Assembly (NCBI GenBank): GCA_050633305.1
Contig: JBOEGF010000006.1
Coordinates: 1-64,000, forward strand
Direction: 5' to 3'
Length of the DNA stretch: 64,000 bases
Origin: Nannocystales bacterium
GTDB lineage: Bacteria; Myxococcota_A; Polyangia; Nannocystales; Nannocystaceae
In this document: positions 38,708-50,274 of the stretch, piece by piece
How the letters are laid out: each line of letters starts with the position of its first letter
How positions within the stretch are numbered: position 1 is the stretch's first letter
Translations under genes and position numbers: made by a program
The notes under the pieces: model-generated
Databases searched by the model: none
Told to the model about the DNA's origin: nothing
Seen by the model: the letters and a program-made list of their open reading frames with translations, nothing else

Positions 38708-40077
38708 GCCAACGCTCCAAGCTCGGCCACCGCGGCCTCCTGCAAGCGGGAGACGTAGTCATCGATTCGGACCGCGTCCACGAACTCGACCATGACCCGC
38801 ATTTTCTTTTCGGTCCCCGAGTAGCGCACGAGGACCCGCCCTTCGTCGCCGAGCTCCCGTTCCACCGTTCGGATGGTGCGTTGCAGCTTGGGCAGCCGAT
38901 CGATGGGGACCTTGGTGGGGACCATGAAACTGCTCAGTCGCTGCGGCACCGGACTCATCACCTCGGAGAGCCGAGACAGCGGGCTGCCCGTGCGGCGCAT
39001 GATCGTCAGGACCTGTAGCGCGGCGACCATTCCATCGCCGGTCGTCGCATGGTCCAAGAACACCAGGTGCCCCGACTGCTCGCCCCCCAGGTTGCAACCG
39101 CTTCCGCGCATCGCCTGCACCACATACCGGTCGCCGACCGGCGTCCGAACCAACGAAATCCCGACCTCTGCAAGGCTGCGCTCGAGCCCCAGGTTGGACA
39201 TCACGGTCGCGACGACCGCTCCACCCCGAAGGTCGCCACGCTGATGAAGATCACGAGCACACATCGCCATGATCGAGTCGCCATCGACGATGGCCCCGTT
39301 CTCGTCGGAGAAGATGCTTCGGTCCGCGTCCCCGTCGAGGGCAATGCCGATGTCGGCTCCGGCCTCTTTCACCGCGTCGCACAAGGCTTGCGGGTGGGTG
39401 GCCCCGACACCGTCGTTGATGTTGGTGCCGTTGGGCGACACGCCGCGGGTGAGCACGGTCGCACCGAGTTCTTCGAGCACCGTGGGTGCGATCTTGTAAG
39501 CCGCCCCGTGGCTGCAGTCGATCACGATCTTCAGCCCTGTGAGGTCGTCTCCGGTCGGAAACGCCTGTTTGAGCCGGGTAATGTAGCGGCCCGCGGCGTC
39601 ATCGATGCGAAACGCCCGACCGATGGCCGCCCCCCGAGCGCGATGCTCATCGAGAGCTTCGCCCGCCATGTCGGCCTCGAGCTTCGCCTCCACCTCGTCA
39701 GGTAGCTTGTACCCCTGCGCGCCAAAGATCTTGATGCCGTTGTCCGCGAACTGGTTGTGGCTGGCGGAGATGACCACGCCCGCTTGTGCGCGCATCGAAT
39801 GGGTGAGGTACGCGATTCCCGGCGTGGGCATCGGGCCGACCAACAGCGCCGTCGCGCCCATGGCCGCGAGCCCCGAGGCCAGTGCGCTCTCGATCAGGTA
39901 GCCCGACAGTCGGGTGTCCTTGCCGACCACGACCCGGCCGCCGAGTCCGAAGTGCGCAGCGACGGCCATCCCCGCCCGCATCGCCACCTCGGGCGTCATC
40001 GGGTAGGCGTTCGCCTCCCCCCGAATCCCGTCGGTCCCGAACATTCGCCGGGAGCTCTCTTGGGCCGCCTGCACCAT
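38704..40077 (-). CDS. glmM: Phosphoglucosamine mutase
   Basis: FGTDGIRG, GKDTRLSGY, ISASHN, DGDADR, GGEQSGH, RYSGTE. Confidence 0.95.
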   Translation of the reverse strand: MVQAAQESSRRMFGTDGIRGEANAYPMTPEVAMRAGMAVAAHFGLGGRVVVGKDTRLSGYLIESALASGLAAMGATALLVGPMPTPGIAYLTHSMRAQAGVVISASHNQFADNGIKIFGAQGYKLPDEVEAKLEADMAGEALDEHRARGAAIGRAFRIDDAAGRYITRLKQAFPTGDDLTGLKIVIDCSHGAAYKIAPTVLEELGATVLTRGVSPNGTNINDGVGATHPQALCDAVKEAGADIGIALDGDADRSIFSDENGAIVDGDSIMAMCARDLHQRGDLRGGAVVATVMSNLGLERSLAEVGISLVRTPVGDRYVVQAMRGSGCNLGGEQSGHLVFLDHATTGDGMVAALQVLTIMRRTGSPLSRLSEVMSPVPQRLSSFMVPTKVPIDRLPKLQRTIRTVERELGDEGRVLVRYSGTEKKMRVMVEFVDAVRIDDYVSRLQEAAVAELGALA

Positions 40078-40118
40078 GACTCCTTTGTAACGTCGTCCGC
40101 GCGGTGTCGCCAGGATGT

Positions 40119-41108
40119 TCAAACAGGCGGTTCAGCAGGTGGCGCGGGCGGGGCCGGCAGCACCACGACCTCGACCCCGTGGTCGATCGACAGGGCGTCC
40201 GAGACCTCCGAGGGGACCGTTTCGGCCCACCCAAAGCGCAACTCGACGACGGTCTCGCCCGCGGCGGTCCGGGCCGCCCGAGGCTGAACCGAGGCATCGA
40301 CCGGAAACCGGACCTCGAGCGCATCCAGGGCCCGAAACGAGAGCCGGGGACCCGAGAGTTGCACGGTCACCGATTCGGGGATCGCTCCCATCGGGTCCAG
40401 CTCGTCGGGCACCGGGATCGGCACCGAAAGCTCACGGTTCTCCATCTGCGCCTCGATCTCGATGCGGACGGTCACCTGAGCAGGTTGCGCCGCCGACCGG
40501 ACCAGCTGTGCGTCTCCGCGGAGCGGCAACACGGCGACCACCTCGGTAAACGACACATCCTGCCCGTCGAGCTCGAGCGCCTCGGTCCCGAGTTGAGCCA
40601 CTTCTTGGACCGCGGACCGCCCACCGTGAACGTCCCACGTCGCCGGGGTGACCGTGACCCGCGTGACCCGATATCCCTCCGCCGGTTCGCCCGCAGTTCT
40701 AGGCTCGACGCGCTTGGGACGGGTGATGACCGGCTCAAACCGGAGATCCACATGCGAGTACTGGACCTCCGCCAACACGACGCCCGGCGGCATCACGATA
40801 CTCGCCTGGTCCACCTGAAGCGGCCCTGGCTCGGCGGTGCGCAGGTCCAGAGCGGCGGTCCCAAGGTCGAAGTCCTGAAGCCGATTGAGCCGCGTCCAGG
40901 GTCCCCGAACTTGTACCGTGATCGTCGGAGGCAGGTCGGTCAACAGAACCCGCTGCGGGTCTGCAACGACACGCAGCGGGACCTCGAAGGTGCGGCTGAC
41001 CTCGTCGCGCGTCAGGACAAACAAGACCGCTGCAAGCCCCACCGCGACGAGCTTCAGACCCCAGTTGCGAAACAGGGTGTCGGACAGCACCTTGGCCAGC
41101 GAGGACAT
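40119..41108 (-). CDS. cdaR: YbbR-domain c-di-AMP cyclase regulator
   Basis: NWGLKLVAVGLA N-terminal anchor; VQVRGP and GEPAEGY YbbR-like modules; lies between cdaA and glmM. Confidence 0.8.
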   Translation of the reverse strand: MSSLAKVLSDTLFRNWGLKLVAVGLAAVLFVLTRDEVSRTFEVPLRVVADPQRVLLTDLPPTITVQVRGPWTRLNRLQDFDLGTAALDLRTAEPGPLQVDQASIVMPPGVVLAEVQYSHVDLRFEPVITRPKRVEPRTAGEPAEGYRVTRVTVTPATWDVHGGRSAVQEVAQLGTEALELDGQDVSFTEVVAVLPLRGDAQLVRSAAQPAQVTVRIEIEAQMENRELSVPIPVPDELDPMGAIPESVTVQLSGPRLSFRALDALEVRFPVDASVQPRAARTAAGETVVELRFGWAETVPSEVSDALSIDHGVEVVVLPAPPAPPAEPPV

Positions 41109-42055
41109 CAGATCTTTCCCGCTTCCGCCTGGCTTGCCGCCTTGGACATATGCGTTTGGCTTCGGCTCGCGCCCCCCTCGTCTTTGCCGGGTCCGGCGAG
41201 AATGGACGATTGACCCGCCGCGGCCACGGCTTCGAGCGGCCTCGTCGCGCTCAGTGTGGAGGACGACGCGGAAGCGGCGGCCGCATCGTCCCGGGGGGCC
41301 GACAACCAAGCTTCGATACGCGCCTGGAGATCGTCGGGGGCGATGGGCTCGGAGATACCGCCGCGGTGCGCAACCCGGAGCTCCCCCCGTTCTTCACTGG
41401 CGATGATGACCAACGCGTCGGTTTCCTCGCTCACGCCGATCGCTCCCCGGTGCCGGGTGCCGAACCGAGGATCGAGGGTTTGCGCGGACAACGGGAGGAT
41501 CACACCAGCGCGAGACAGACGGAAGCCGTCCACGATGATTGCCCCGTCGTGCGCGGTGTTGGCGGCATGCGGAATGCACAGTGCAACCAGCGTTTCGGCC
41601 TTGAGCGCAGCATCGATCTCGGTGCCCACCCCGGTGGCCACCCCCATCACATCGATGTCGCCCTGAAGGACGACCAGCGCCCCAATACGCGCCCTCTTGA
41701 CCCGTTCGAGCCCGGCGACCAACTCCCCCATCGCCGACTGTGCGGCCTCGCGCCGGTTCGCAGGCAGGATCCGCTGACCCAGCACCAGCAGCATCCGGCG
41801 CAGTTCCTGCTGGAACACGACGATCAACAAGATGATGATCGACTCGAAGAAGTACTTCAGCAGAGAGGCGGAGGCGATGAGGTCGAGCTGACTCACCCCC
41901 CACGCCAACAACCCGAACACCGAGACCGCCACCAGGACGGGCACGGCACGCGTCCCACGGACCACCTTGAGCAGGTGGTAGACGATGACGACGAGCAAGC
42001 CGAAGTCGAGGCCATCTCGCCACGTCAGTGCTGCGACCCACTCTTGCGGGTTCAC
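41108..42055 (-). CDS. cdaA: Diadenylate cyclase (CdaA/DacA type)
   Basis: Three N-terminal transmembrane segments, FQQELRR, catalytic HDGA and GTRHR motifs, SEETDA. Confidence 0.92.
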   Translation of the reverse strand: MNPQEWVAALTWRDGLDFGLLVVIVYHLLKVVRGTRAVPVLVAVSVFGLLAWGVSQLDLIASASLLKYFFESIIILLIVVFQQELRRMLLVLGQRILPANRREAAQSAMGELVAGLERVKRARIGALVVLQGDIDVMGVATGVGTEIDAALKAETLVALCIPHAANTAHDGAIIVDGFRLSRAGVILPLSAQTLDPRFGTRHRGAIGVSEETDALVIIASEERGELRVAHRGGISEPIAPDDLQARIEAWLSAPRDDAAAASASSSTLSATRPLEAVAAAGQSSILAGPGKDEGGASRSQTHMSKAASQAEAGKI

Positions 42056-42972
42056 GCGCCCTCCCCTGTGGCAGCCGCCGCGAGGCGACCCGCGTTTGCG
42101 GCTGCCCAGGCCCGTTCCACGGCCGCCGACACGGCCAATGCCTGAACGGTCTCCGCGACGTCATGCACACGGATCACCGCAGCGCCGTGCTGCACCGCCA
42201 CCACCGCCGCAGCCAGAGACCCCGGCAACCGATCGGCGGGTGCTGAAGGAATCACGGCCCCGATGAAGCTCTTGCGGGACGCTCCGATCATCACGGGAAC
42301 GCCCACGGCGCGTTCGAGCGTCGCGGAGCAGGCGACGAGCGCGGCACTTTGGGATGCCGTCTTGCCAAAGCCAACGCCGGGGTCGACCACGACATGCCCC
42401 AAAGAGACACCTGCATCTCGAGCATGGCCAATCGACACCTGGAGTTCGTCCGCGATGTCGCAGAGCAGGTCGCCGAACTCGATGGACGCCTGCATCGTGT
42501 CGGGCTGCCCACGTAAATGTCCAATGACAAGACCGGCTCCGTGACGGGCGACGACCTCCGCCATGGCCGGATCCGCCAGACCGGAGACGTCATTGACGAT
42601 GACCGCACCCGCCTCGAGGGCGGCCTCAGCCACAGACGCGCGCCGTGTATCCACGCTCACCGCCACCCCGAGCGGGAGCATCGCTCGAATCGCGGGCAGC
42701 ACCCGCGCCCGCTCCTGCTCCGCGTCGACGGGGCTCGCCCCCGGGCGCGTGGACTCCCCCCCGACATCCAACAGCCGAGCCCCCGCGCGGACCGCCGCTG
42801 CGGCCGACGCGTGGACCCGGTCGGGGTCGACCTCACCGGCGGGGGACAAGGCCCCGCCATCGTGAAAGCTGTCCGGGGTGGCGTTGAGCACCGCCATCAC
42901 GACCGGAGGCTCGAGTTCCAACGAGCCTCGCGCGTGCCGCCAAACTCGCGCGCCTGCGTCAGGGTCGTTCAT
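42052..42972 (-). CDS. folP: Dihydropteroate synthase
   Basis: MAVLNATPDSFHDGG, DVGGESTRPGA, DPGVGFGK, GASRKSFIG, RVHDV. Confidence 0.95.
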   Translation of the reverse strand: MNDPDAGARVWRHARGSLELEPPVVMAVLNATPDSFHDGGALSPAGEVDPDRVHASAAAAVRAGARLLDVGGESTRPGASPVDAEQERARVLPAIRAMLPLGVAVSVDTRRASVAEAALEAGAVIVNDVSGLADPAMAEVVARHGAGLVIGHLRGQPDTMQASIEFGDLLCDIADELQVSIGHARDAGVSLGHVVVDPGVGFGKTASQSAALVACSATLERAVGVPVMIGASRKSFIGAVIPSAPADRLPGSLAAAVVAVQHGAAVIRVHDVAETVQALAVSAAVERAWAAANAGRLAAAATGEGA

Positions 42973-43030
42973 CGGTTGCCCGATGGTATCGCTCCACGGC
43001 AGGCCCGTGCATCCCGGACTGGCCGCAACC

Positions 43031-44401
<1,371 letters not shown>

Positions 44402-44453
44402 GTCGCTAACGCTACCAGGCGAAGCGCTCAACTGGGAGACCGCGTCCGCCCGC

Positions 44454-44497
44454 AAAAAACACGAAAGGGCGCACGACTTTCGTCTGTGCGCCCTCGT
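44454..44497 (-). terminator. Probable intrinsic terminator
   Basis: agggcgcac...gtgcgccct stem followed by T-runs on the minus strand, after ORF 44552..44917. Confidence 0.6.
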
Positions 44498-44551
44498 GGG
44501 GTGAAGGGACGAGCCCCCAAGCGTGGTCTGTGCGTGGGGGCCCCGGACAAC

Positions 44552-44917
44552 TCAGATGTAGAAGTCGACTTCCGCGATACCGCGCTCCGGCTCACTCGAC
44601 GGCTCGTCGACTTTCTCTTCGACGGCGGGGCGGCGGCTCGGGGCTTCGAGTGTCAGCTCGAGACGAGCGCCTTGCGTCGAATTGCGCCGTTTGCGCGCCC
44701 CACGATAGCCCTTGGGGGACTCAGACGTGGAAGGGGTTGGCAGAACCTTGGGGATCCGAAGCATGGTCATGGCGCGCAGTCCCGCAGCCAGGTCCTCGTC
44801 CGTTGCCGGAGCCGTGAACGCCGCAGGTGCGAGGATTTCGCCACAAACGGCGCTCAGTTCCGATTTTTCCGCACACATCGGGGTGCGGGACATCGTGCGA
44901 TGAGCGGATGCAGTCAT
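44552..44917 (-). CDS. Hypothetical small protein
   Basis: Fills the intergenic gap and is followed by a terminator-like hairpin; no recognisable motif; start uncertain. Confidence 0.4.
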   Translation of the reverse strand: MTASAHRTMSRTPMCAEKSELSAVCGEILAPAAFTAPATDEDLAAGLRAMTMLRIPKVLPTPSTSESPKGYRGARKRRNSTQGARLELTLEAPSRRPAVEEKVDEPSSEPERGIAEVDFYI

Positions 44918-45049
44918 CTGAGATCATCGTAACGCGTGTGCGAGCCCACGCAAGGGGCACACACAAAGTCTCCCGAGATGCTGCGGAACACTGTAGGCTC
45001 CGCGGTCGCCTTCATCCTACACTGGGGAATCGCACAGTGCCGACCGCGC

Positions 45050-45721
45050 CTAACCGCCGCTGGACGCCGCTGCGCTGCCCAGAAAATCGACGATAACCCA
45101 ATGATCTCCCTCGTGTTCGAGGTGAACCACGTGGGTCGGTCCGACCGTCAGCGTGGCCTCGTGTGTATCGGCGACGATGGCGTCGGCCAGGTGGGATGCC
45201 ACCGCGTCTCTCGCCGTTTTCAGCACATCCGCGTACTCCCCCTCGCTCCACGCGATCTGCAGATCGTCCTCGGATAGGCCCATCCGGTAGCGCTTCGGAG
45301 CGAGCCGAAGAACAACATCCCACCGCTGCGCGCGAGTCGCCCACACCAGAGCCCGCAGCGCGTGGCGGGGTGTATCGCTGGCGTAGACCGCGGTTGGGTC
45401 CTCCGCGAACCGCCAGCCCTGTGGGGTCTGCACGACGTCGACCGGGAAATCGGGCGCGAGAAAGACCACCGCGGTCGGCTCGACCGCCAGTGGCTTCTTC
45501 AGGGCCGACTTCCACGGCCCGCGCGCATCCTCAGAGACGATCGCCTGAGTATCCAACGTTCCGCGCATGCCCGGCGCAGCGGTCGCGGTCACGGCCCCTG
45601 CGTCCCCCCGCGCAATGGAGCGGGAGAGCTGCTGACTGGACCGCTGCAGATCCCGACTGGCGTCGTGCCCGCACGCGGTCGCGAGCAGAGCGGACACGGT
45701 GGCGAGCAGAGCACGACGCAT
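45050..45721 (-). CDS. Hypothetical lipoprotein
   Basis: MRRALL...LATAC lipobox; starts 4 bp after fabZ. Confidence 0.7.
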   Translation of the reverse strand: MRRALLATVSALLATACGHDASRDLQRSSQQLSRSIARGDAGAVTATAAPGMRGTLDTQAIVSEDARGPWKSALKKPLAVEPTAVVFLAPDFPVDVVQTPQGWRFAEDPTAVYASDTPRHALRALVWATRAQRWDVVLRLAPKRYRMGLSEDDLQIAWSEGEYADVLKTARDAVASHLADAIVADTHEATLTVGPTHVVHLEHEGDHWVIVDFLGSAAASSGG

Positions 45722-45725
45722 CGGT

Positions 45726-46202
45726 TCACCCTGCGGGCGCGTCGGCCTTGGACTTGGCCGCGGCTTTGTCCTTGGGCTCGATGACGGCGGTGATCGTGGC
45801 GCTGCTGCGCAGCTCCTCGCCGACGTAGCACTCGCCGGTGAACTTGCCGACCCGCCCCAGACGCTCGGCGTTCACGCGGATCTGAAGCACGTCCCCAGGC
45901 GCGACGACCCCTCGAAACTTCGCCTCTTTGATGCCGATGAAGTAGCAGTGGTGGAGTTCGGGATCGAAGCGGCCCGACTTGTTCGCAAGGATGACGGCGG
46001 CCTGCGCCATCGCCTCGACCTGCACAACGCCGGGGAGCACGGCATGCCCCGGAAAGTGTCCCTGCAGGATGCTGCTGCTCATCGACACCAGGTGCTCCGC
46101 GACAATGGACGTGTCGGGCTCGACCTCGACGACACGGTCGATGAAGAGGAAGGGGTACCGGTGCGGGAGAATGGTCTGGATCTCGGTGGAATCGATCGCC
46201 AT
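45726..46202 (-). CDS. fabZ: 3-hydroxyacyl-ACP dehydratase
   Basis: LPHRYPFLFIDRV, GHFPG...PGVVQVEAMAQ. Confidence 0.93.
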   Translation of the reverse strand: MAIDSTEIQTILPHRYPFLFIDRVVEVEPDTSIVAEHLVSMSSSILQGHFPGHAVLPGVVQVEAMAQAAVILANKSGRFDPELHHCYFIGIKEAKFRGVVAPGDVLQIRVNAERLGRVGKFTGECYVGEELRSSATITAVIEPKDKAAAKSKADAPAG

Positions 46203-46291
46203 GCGTAGGCCGCCAGAAATGCGAGAAGCCCGCTATCCCAACGACGTTGGAACAAGCGGGCCCCGAGCATACAGAGGCGATGTCGCCTGCG

Positions 46292-46858
46292 CTACTTGTG
46301 CTTGGCGTCGTACTTTTTGATGACGCTGCTGGTCACGTCGAAGGCGTCCTTGGCATAGATGACCGTCATCTGGTCGCGTACCAGGACAAGATCGATGCCC
46401 TCGGACTTCGCCATCGCAGCCACGATCGACTGGGCGTTTCGGTACATCTTCTCGAGCATCTTGTTGTGCTGCTCACCAAGCTCCTGCTCGAGCGCGTAGA
46501 GCATGCTCTGCAGCTCCATGGACTCGCGCTGGAGCTTTTCCTGCGTCTCCATGAGCTTCTGCCCGGACATGCCTTCGAGCTTCGCAGCGTCGGCTTCGAG
46601 TTTCTTTCGCTTCTTGTCCAGCTTGCCTTGCTTGGCCTTGGAGCTGGACTCGAGTTCCTTGCGGGCGCGCTTGCCCGCGGTGGTCTCGTTGAGCACGCGC
46701 TGCATGTCGACCATCGCGATCTTCTTGACCGCGGGGACTTCGGCCTGTGCAGATGCGACGGGCGCGAGCGAGACGATGCCTCCCAGGGACAGGGCGGCAG
46801 CAACAGTGATGGACTTGAGGATACGGCGGGTCATGATGGACTCCTGGAACAGCATCAC
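46292..46858 (-). CDS. skp: OmpH/Skp chaperone
   Basis: Signal peptide, KIAMVDMQRVL, coiled coil, DVTSSVIKKYD. Confidence 0.88.
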   Translation of the reverse strand: MMLFQESIMTRRILKSITVAAALSLGGIVSLAPVASAQAEVPAVKKIAMVDMQRVLNETTAGKRARKELESSSKAKQGKLDKKRKKLEADAAKLEGMSGQKLMETQEKLQRESMELQSMLYALEQELGEQHNKMLEKMYRNAQSIVAAMAKSEGIDLVLVRDQMTVIYAKDAFDVTSSVIKKYDAKHK

Positions 46859-47397
46859 TTCTTCGAGTTTTGCTTGTCGTAGCGCACGATGACGCGGTTG
46901 GTGAGGTCGAGTTTGGGTGCGGCGTACAGCACGGTCAGCTCGGAACGGACGAGCACGACCTGCACGCCGTCTTCGAGGGCCACCTGCTTCACGATCGCAG
47001 AGACCTTGTTGTAGATTTTCTCGGTGAGGAGAGCCTCTTTGCTGGCAACCTCCTCCTGAAGCTCCATGCCCAGCTGCTGCAGCTCGGACTGAGAGCGCAT
47101 CAGCTCCTGCTGGCGCTTCATCAGCTCGGCTTGCGAGAGCATGCTCGCCTTGGCTTGTAGGTCGCGGAGCTTGGACTCCAGCTTCTTCGCCTTGGCGTCG
47201 AGCTTGACCTGGCCCTTGGAGAACGTGCGCTCAAGGTCCTTCTTGGCCGCCCGTCCTTCCTTGGTCTCCATCAGGCAGCGCTGAACGTCGACGATGGCGA
47301 TCTTCTCGATTTTGGGGACAGCTGCTTGGACCGGAGCGGTCGGAGCAACCCCGGCGAACAACACGGTCGCCAGGCTGAGGAAGAGGACTCGACGCAT
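46855..47397 (-). CDS. skp: OmpH/Skp chaperone, second paralogue
   Basis: KIAIVDVQRCL, DLTNRVIVRYD; downstream of bamA. Confidence 0.88.
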   Translation of the reverse strand: MRRVLFLSLATVLFAGVAPTAPVQAAVPKIEKIAIVDVQRCLMETKEGRAAKKDLERTFSKGQVKLDAKAKKLESKLRDLQAKASMLSQAELMKRQQELMRSQSELQQLGMELQEEVASKEALLTEKIYNKVSAIVKQVALEDGVQVVLVRSELTVLYAAPKLDLTNRVIVRYDKQNSKK

Positions 47398-47691
47398 GGG
47401 GGGCACCTTAGTGGTTGGAAAACACGCCGGCAAGGGCCGGTGCGGTTGGGACGGCCGGCGTTTGGGACACATTCACGGCGTTTTGGGACGTACACGCGAA
47501 TGGTTGCGCGAATCCGCGGTTCGCTCGGGGCAGGCCTCCGCGTCCGCGGTGATCTGGGACACGTTGACCCAGGAGCCGCGATGCTCAGCGCGACAAGGAA
47601 GCGAATAGGTCGTCTTGCACTACCGCAGACCTTGCCCCGCCCGCTCCTCCTTTGCCGGTGGGAGCCCACCGAGGAGGACCGAGTCGTCAGT

Positions 47692-50274
47692 TTAGAACGA
47701 GTTGCCGATCGAGAACTCGAACACCACGGGGTCGTCGGCGATCGGGTCGAAGTCGGTGCCGCGTTGGCGGTCGATCGGGAAGCCCCACTCGAAGCGCAGC
47801 GGGCCGATGGGCGAGCGCCACCGGAAGCCGAAGCCAACCGAGTAGCGGAGGTCGCGGACGCGGAAGCCCGAGCACGGATCAGCCTTCGGCAGGTCTGAGG
47901 GGTTGGGCTGCTCGCAGAACAGCGACTCCGTGTTGAAGGCGTTGCCGATGTCCGAGAAGATCACGCCCTTGATGTTGGCGGGCGGGATCATCATGAACTC
48001 AAGCTCGGCGTTCATCGCCGTGAGCAGGTTTCCGCCGACCTCGTAGGGTGCGATCTGGTCGGAGGGACCAGGACCACTCGCGACCCGAATCTTCGGACCG
48101 AGACTTCGCAGACGGAACCCGCGAATCTCACCTGCGCCGTAGATGCCGCCGGGGAAGTAGCGCTCGAAGATCGGCACGCCCTGGGGCTGCATGCTGTGCA
48201 CGTAGCCGACCTGGAACCGGGTCTTGAACACCAGCCACGCGCGGAACTGCTGCTTGGAGCGGATGACCGGGAAGTAGAAGCGCGAGTCCAACGTGTAGCG
48301 GTTGAAGCGGTTCTGCGAACCGAAGTACTTGCTCGCGAACTCACCGCGCAGCTGGTGGAACTGCCCCGATGTTGGGAACAGAAAGTTGTCCCGCGTGTCG
48401 TACTGCAACCGAGCGGTCAACGCAGAGGTGATTCCGTCGGAGAACAGGTTGCTGATCAGGAACTGCTGCGGAACGGTGACCAACGAGCCTGGCGAGAACA
48501 CGCCGCCGATCGACCCGAAGGAGCCGAAGCTGACGTTCACGTCCTCGAGGTTGTAGCCAAAGAACAGCGTCAGGTCGCGCAGGATCGGATAACCCCAGCT
48601 GACCCGGAAGCCCGTACTTCGCCGCTGGAAGCTGGGGAAAATGTTCTGCGAGTTGAAGACGTTGAAGAGGAAGTTCCAACGGCTATCGAGGAAGTAGCGC
48701 GTGAAGTACGAGAGGTTGAACAGGCGGCGCAGACTGGAGAGCTGTGCGACGACCTGAACCGTCGCCCCACGGCCGAGGAAGTTGTCGTAGGAGACTTGGC
48801 CCTGAAGGACGAAGTTCTCGATGGTGGAGAAGCCGGCACCGACCTGGAAGGTTCCGGTGAGCTGCTCGACGACCTCGACGTTAATGACGATCCGGTTGTC
48901 GGCTGATCCGCGCGAGGTCGAAACGTTGACCTGCGAGAAGTACCCCAGGCGCAGCACCCGGTACTCCGAGCCTTCTTTTTTGGTCTCGGAGTAGAGGTCC
49001 CCCTCGGAGAACTCCATCTCGCGCCGAATGACCTTCTCTGCGGTCTTCTCGTTGCCGGTGATGTCGATGCGTTCGATGTAGACCAGCGGACCCTTTTGGA
49101 TCTCGTAGGTCATGTACAGCTCGAGCTTCTCCGGGTCTTGCCGAGAGTTCGGGATCACGTTGACGTACGCGTGGCCCGAGTCCTTGTAGCGGCGCTCGAT
49201 CGCCTCGCGGATCGTCTGAATCTTGCCCGTGGACGCGACGTCGCCGACCTTGAGGATCGGGTCGATCTGCTCCTTGAGCATCTGCTCCGTGTAGAGTTCC
49301 TGCTCGCCGGCCTGGAGGGCCTCCTTGGCACGGATCTGGCCGATGTGGAACTGCGGGCCTTCGTCGACCGGAATGGTCAGGTAGACGAAGCGGCGGTCTG
49401 CCGAGAGCGACAGCTCGGGGTCCTTGATCGAGGGGTTGAGGTACCCCATGTCGCCGTAGAAGCTCCGCAGGAAACTGTAGTCCTGCTGGAACTGCTCGCG
49501 GTTGAAGAAGCCCCCTGCCCGCTGCGCGACGACGGAGATGTACCCGCCGACTCGGGTGGAGACATTCTTTCGGAGTTCGGCGTCCGTGAACGCTTTGTTC
49601 CCCACGAAGTCGATCTGCCGAACGATCACCTCGGTCGACTCGGTGACCACGATGGCGAGGTCGACCTTACCGGGCTCGTCCGGAACCGGGCGCAACTCGT
49701 AGCTCACCTCTGCGAGGAAGAAGCCGCTGGCGGTGTAGAGCGCTTTGACCTTCTCGATGTTCTCGGCAACCTTGCCCAGATCGAGGACCTCGTTCTTCTC
49801 GAGGTCGAGTTCCTCGTTGATGTCGTCGAGTTTGATCTCGTCGTTGCCCTCGATGATGATCTTGCGGACGCTGGGTCGCTCCGTGACCACGTAGGTCAGG
49901 ACGACACCGCGGGAGAGCAGCTCGCCCTCGACCCGAACATCTTCGAAGTAGCCCAGGGCCCACAGCCGCTTGAGGTCCGTCGCGAGTTTTCGCTGGCTGA
50001 CGAGTTCTCCGACGTTGCTGTCGAGCTCCAACAGCATCGCCTCGGATTCGACCCGGCGGTTGCCCTCGAACCGGACCTCGACGATCGGCTGCCCGTAGAC
50101 GTCGTCGCCGACCCCTTCAGCGATCGTCTGTAGGAGTGCGGCGTACTGCTGTGCTGGCACCGGGATCGCAGCGCCCACCGAGCGGGGCAGGAGCGTCGCC
50201 GCCACGACAAAACAGGTGAGGAGCAAGCCTCCCCACTTCGCCAGGACACGGTGCATGCCGAACGCGCGACTCAT
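47692..50274 (-). CDS. bamA: Outer-membrane protein assembly factor BamA
   Basis: POTRA repeats (FEGNRRV, LGYFEDV, ITGNEKT...VIRRE), YDTRDN, IRGF, WRSPIGPLRFEWG, terminal Phe. Confidence 0.95.
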   Translation of the reverse strand: MSRAFGMHRVLAKWGGLLLTCFVVAATLLPRSVGAAIPVPAQQYAALLQTIAEGVGDDVYGQPIVEVRFEGNRRVESEAMLLELDSNVGELVSQRKLATDLKRLWALGYFEDVRVEGELLSRGVVLTYVVTERPSVRKIIIEGNDEIKLDDINEELDLEKNEVLDLGKVAENIEKVKALYTASGFFLAEVSYELRPVPDEPGKVDLAIVVTESTEVIVRQIDFVGNKAFTDAELRKNVSTRVGGYISVVAQRAGGFFNREQFQQDYSFLRSFYGDMGYLNPSIKDPELSLSADRRFVYLTIPVDEGPQFHIGQIRAKEALQAGEQELYTEQMLKEQIDPILKVGDVASTGKIQTIREAIERRYKDSGHAYVNVIPNSRQDPEKLELYMTYEIQKGPLVYIERIDITGNEKTAEKVIRREMEFSEGDLYSETKKEGSEYRVLRLGYFSQVNVSTSRGSADNRIVINVEVVEQLTGTFQVGAGFSTIENFVLQGQVSYDNFLGRGATVQVVAQLSSLRRLFNLSYFTRYFLDSRWNFLFNVFNSQNIFPSFQRRSTGFRVSWGYPILRDLTLFFGYNLEDVNVSFGSFGSIGGVFSPGSLVTVPQQFLISNLFSDGITSALTARLQYDTRDNFLFPTSGQFHQLRGEFASKYFGSQNRFNRYTLDSRFYFPVIRSKQQFRAWLVFKTRFQVGYVHSMQPQGVPIFERYFPGGIYGAGEIRGFRLRSLGPKIRVASGPGPSDQIAPYEVGGNLLTAMNAELEFMMIPPANIKGVIFSDIGNAFNTESLFCEQPNPSDLPKADPCSGFRVRDLRYSVGFGFRWRSPIGPLRFEWGFPIDRQRGTDFDPIADDPVVFEFSIGNSF

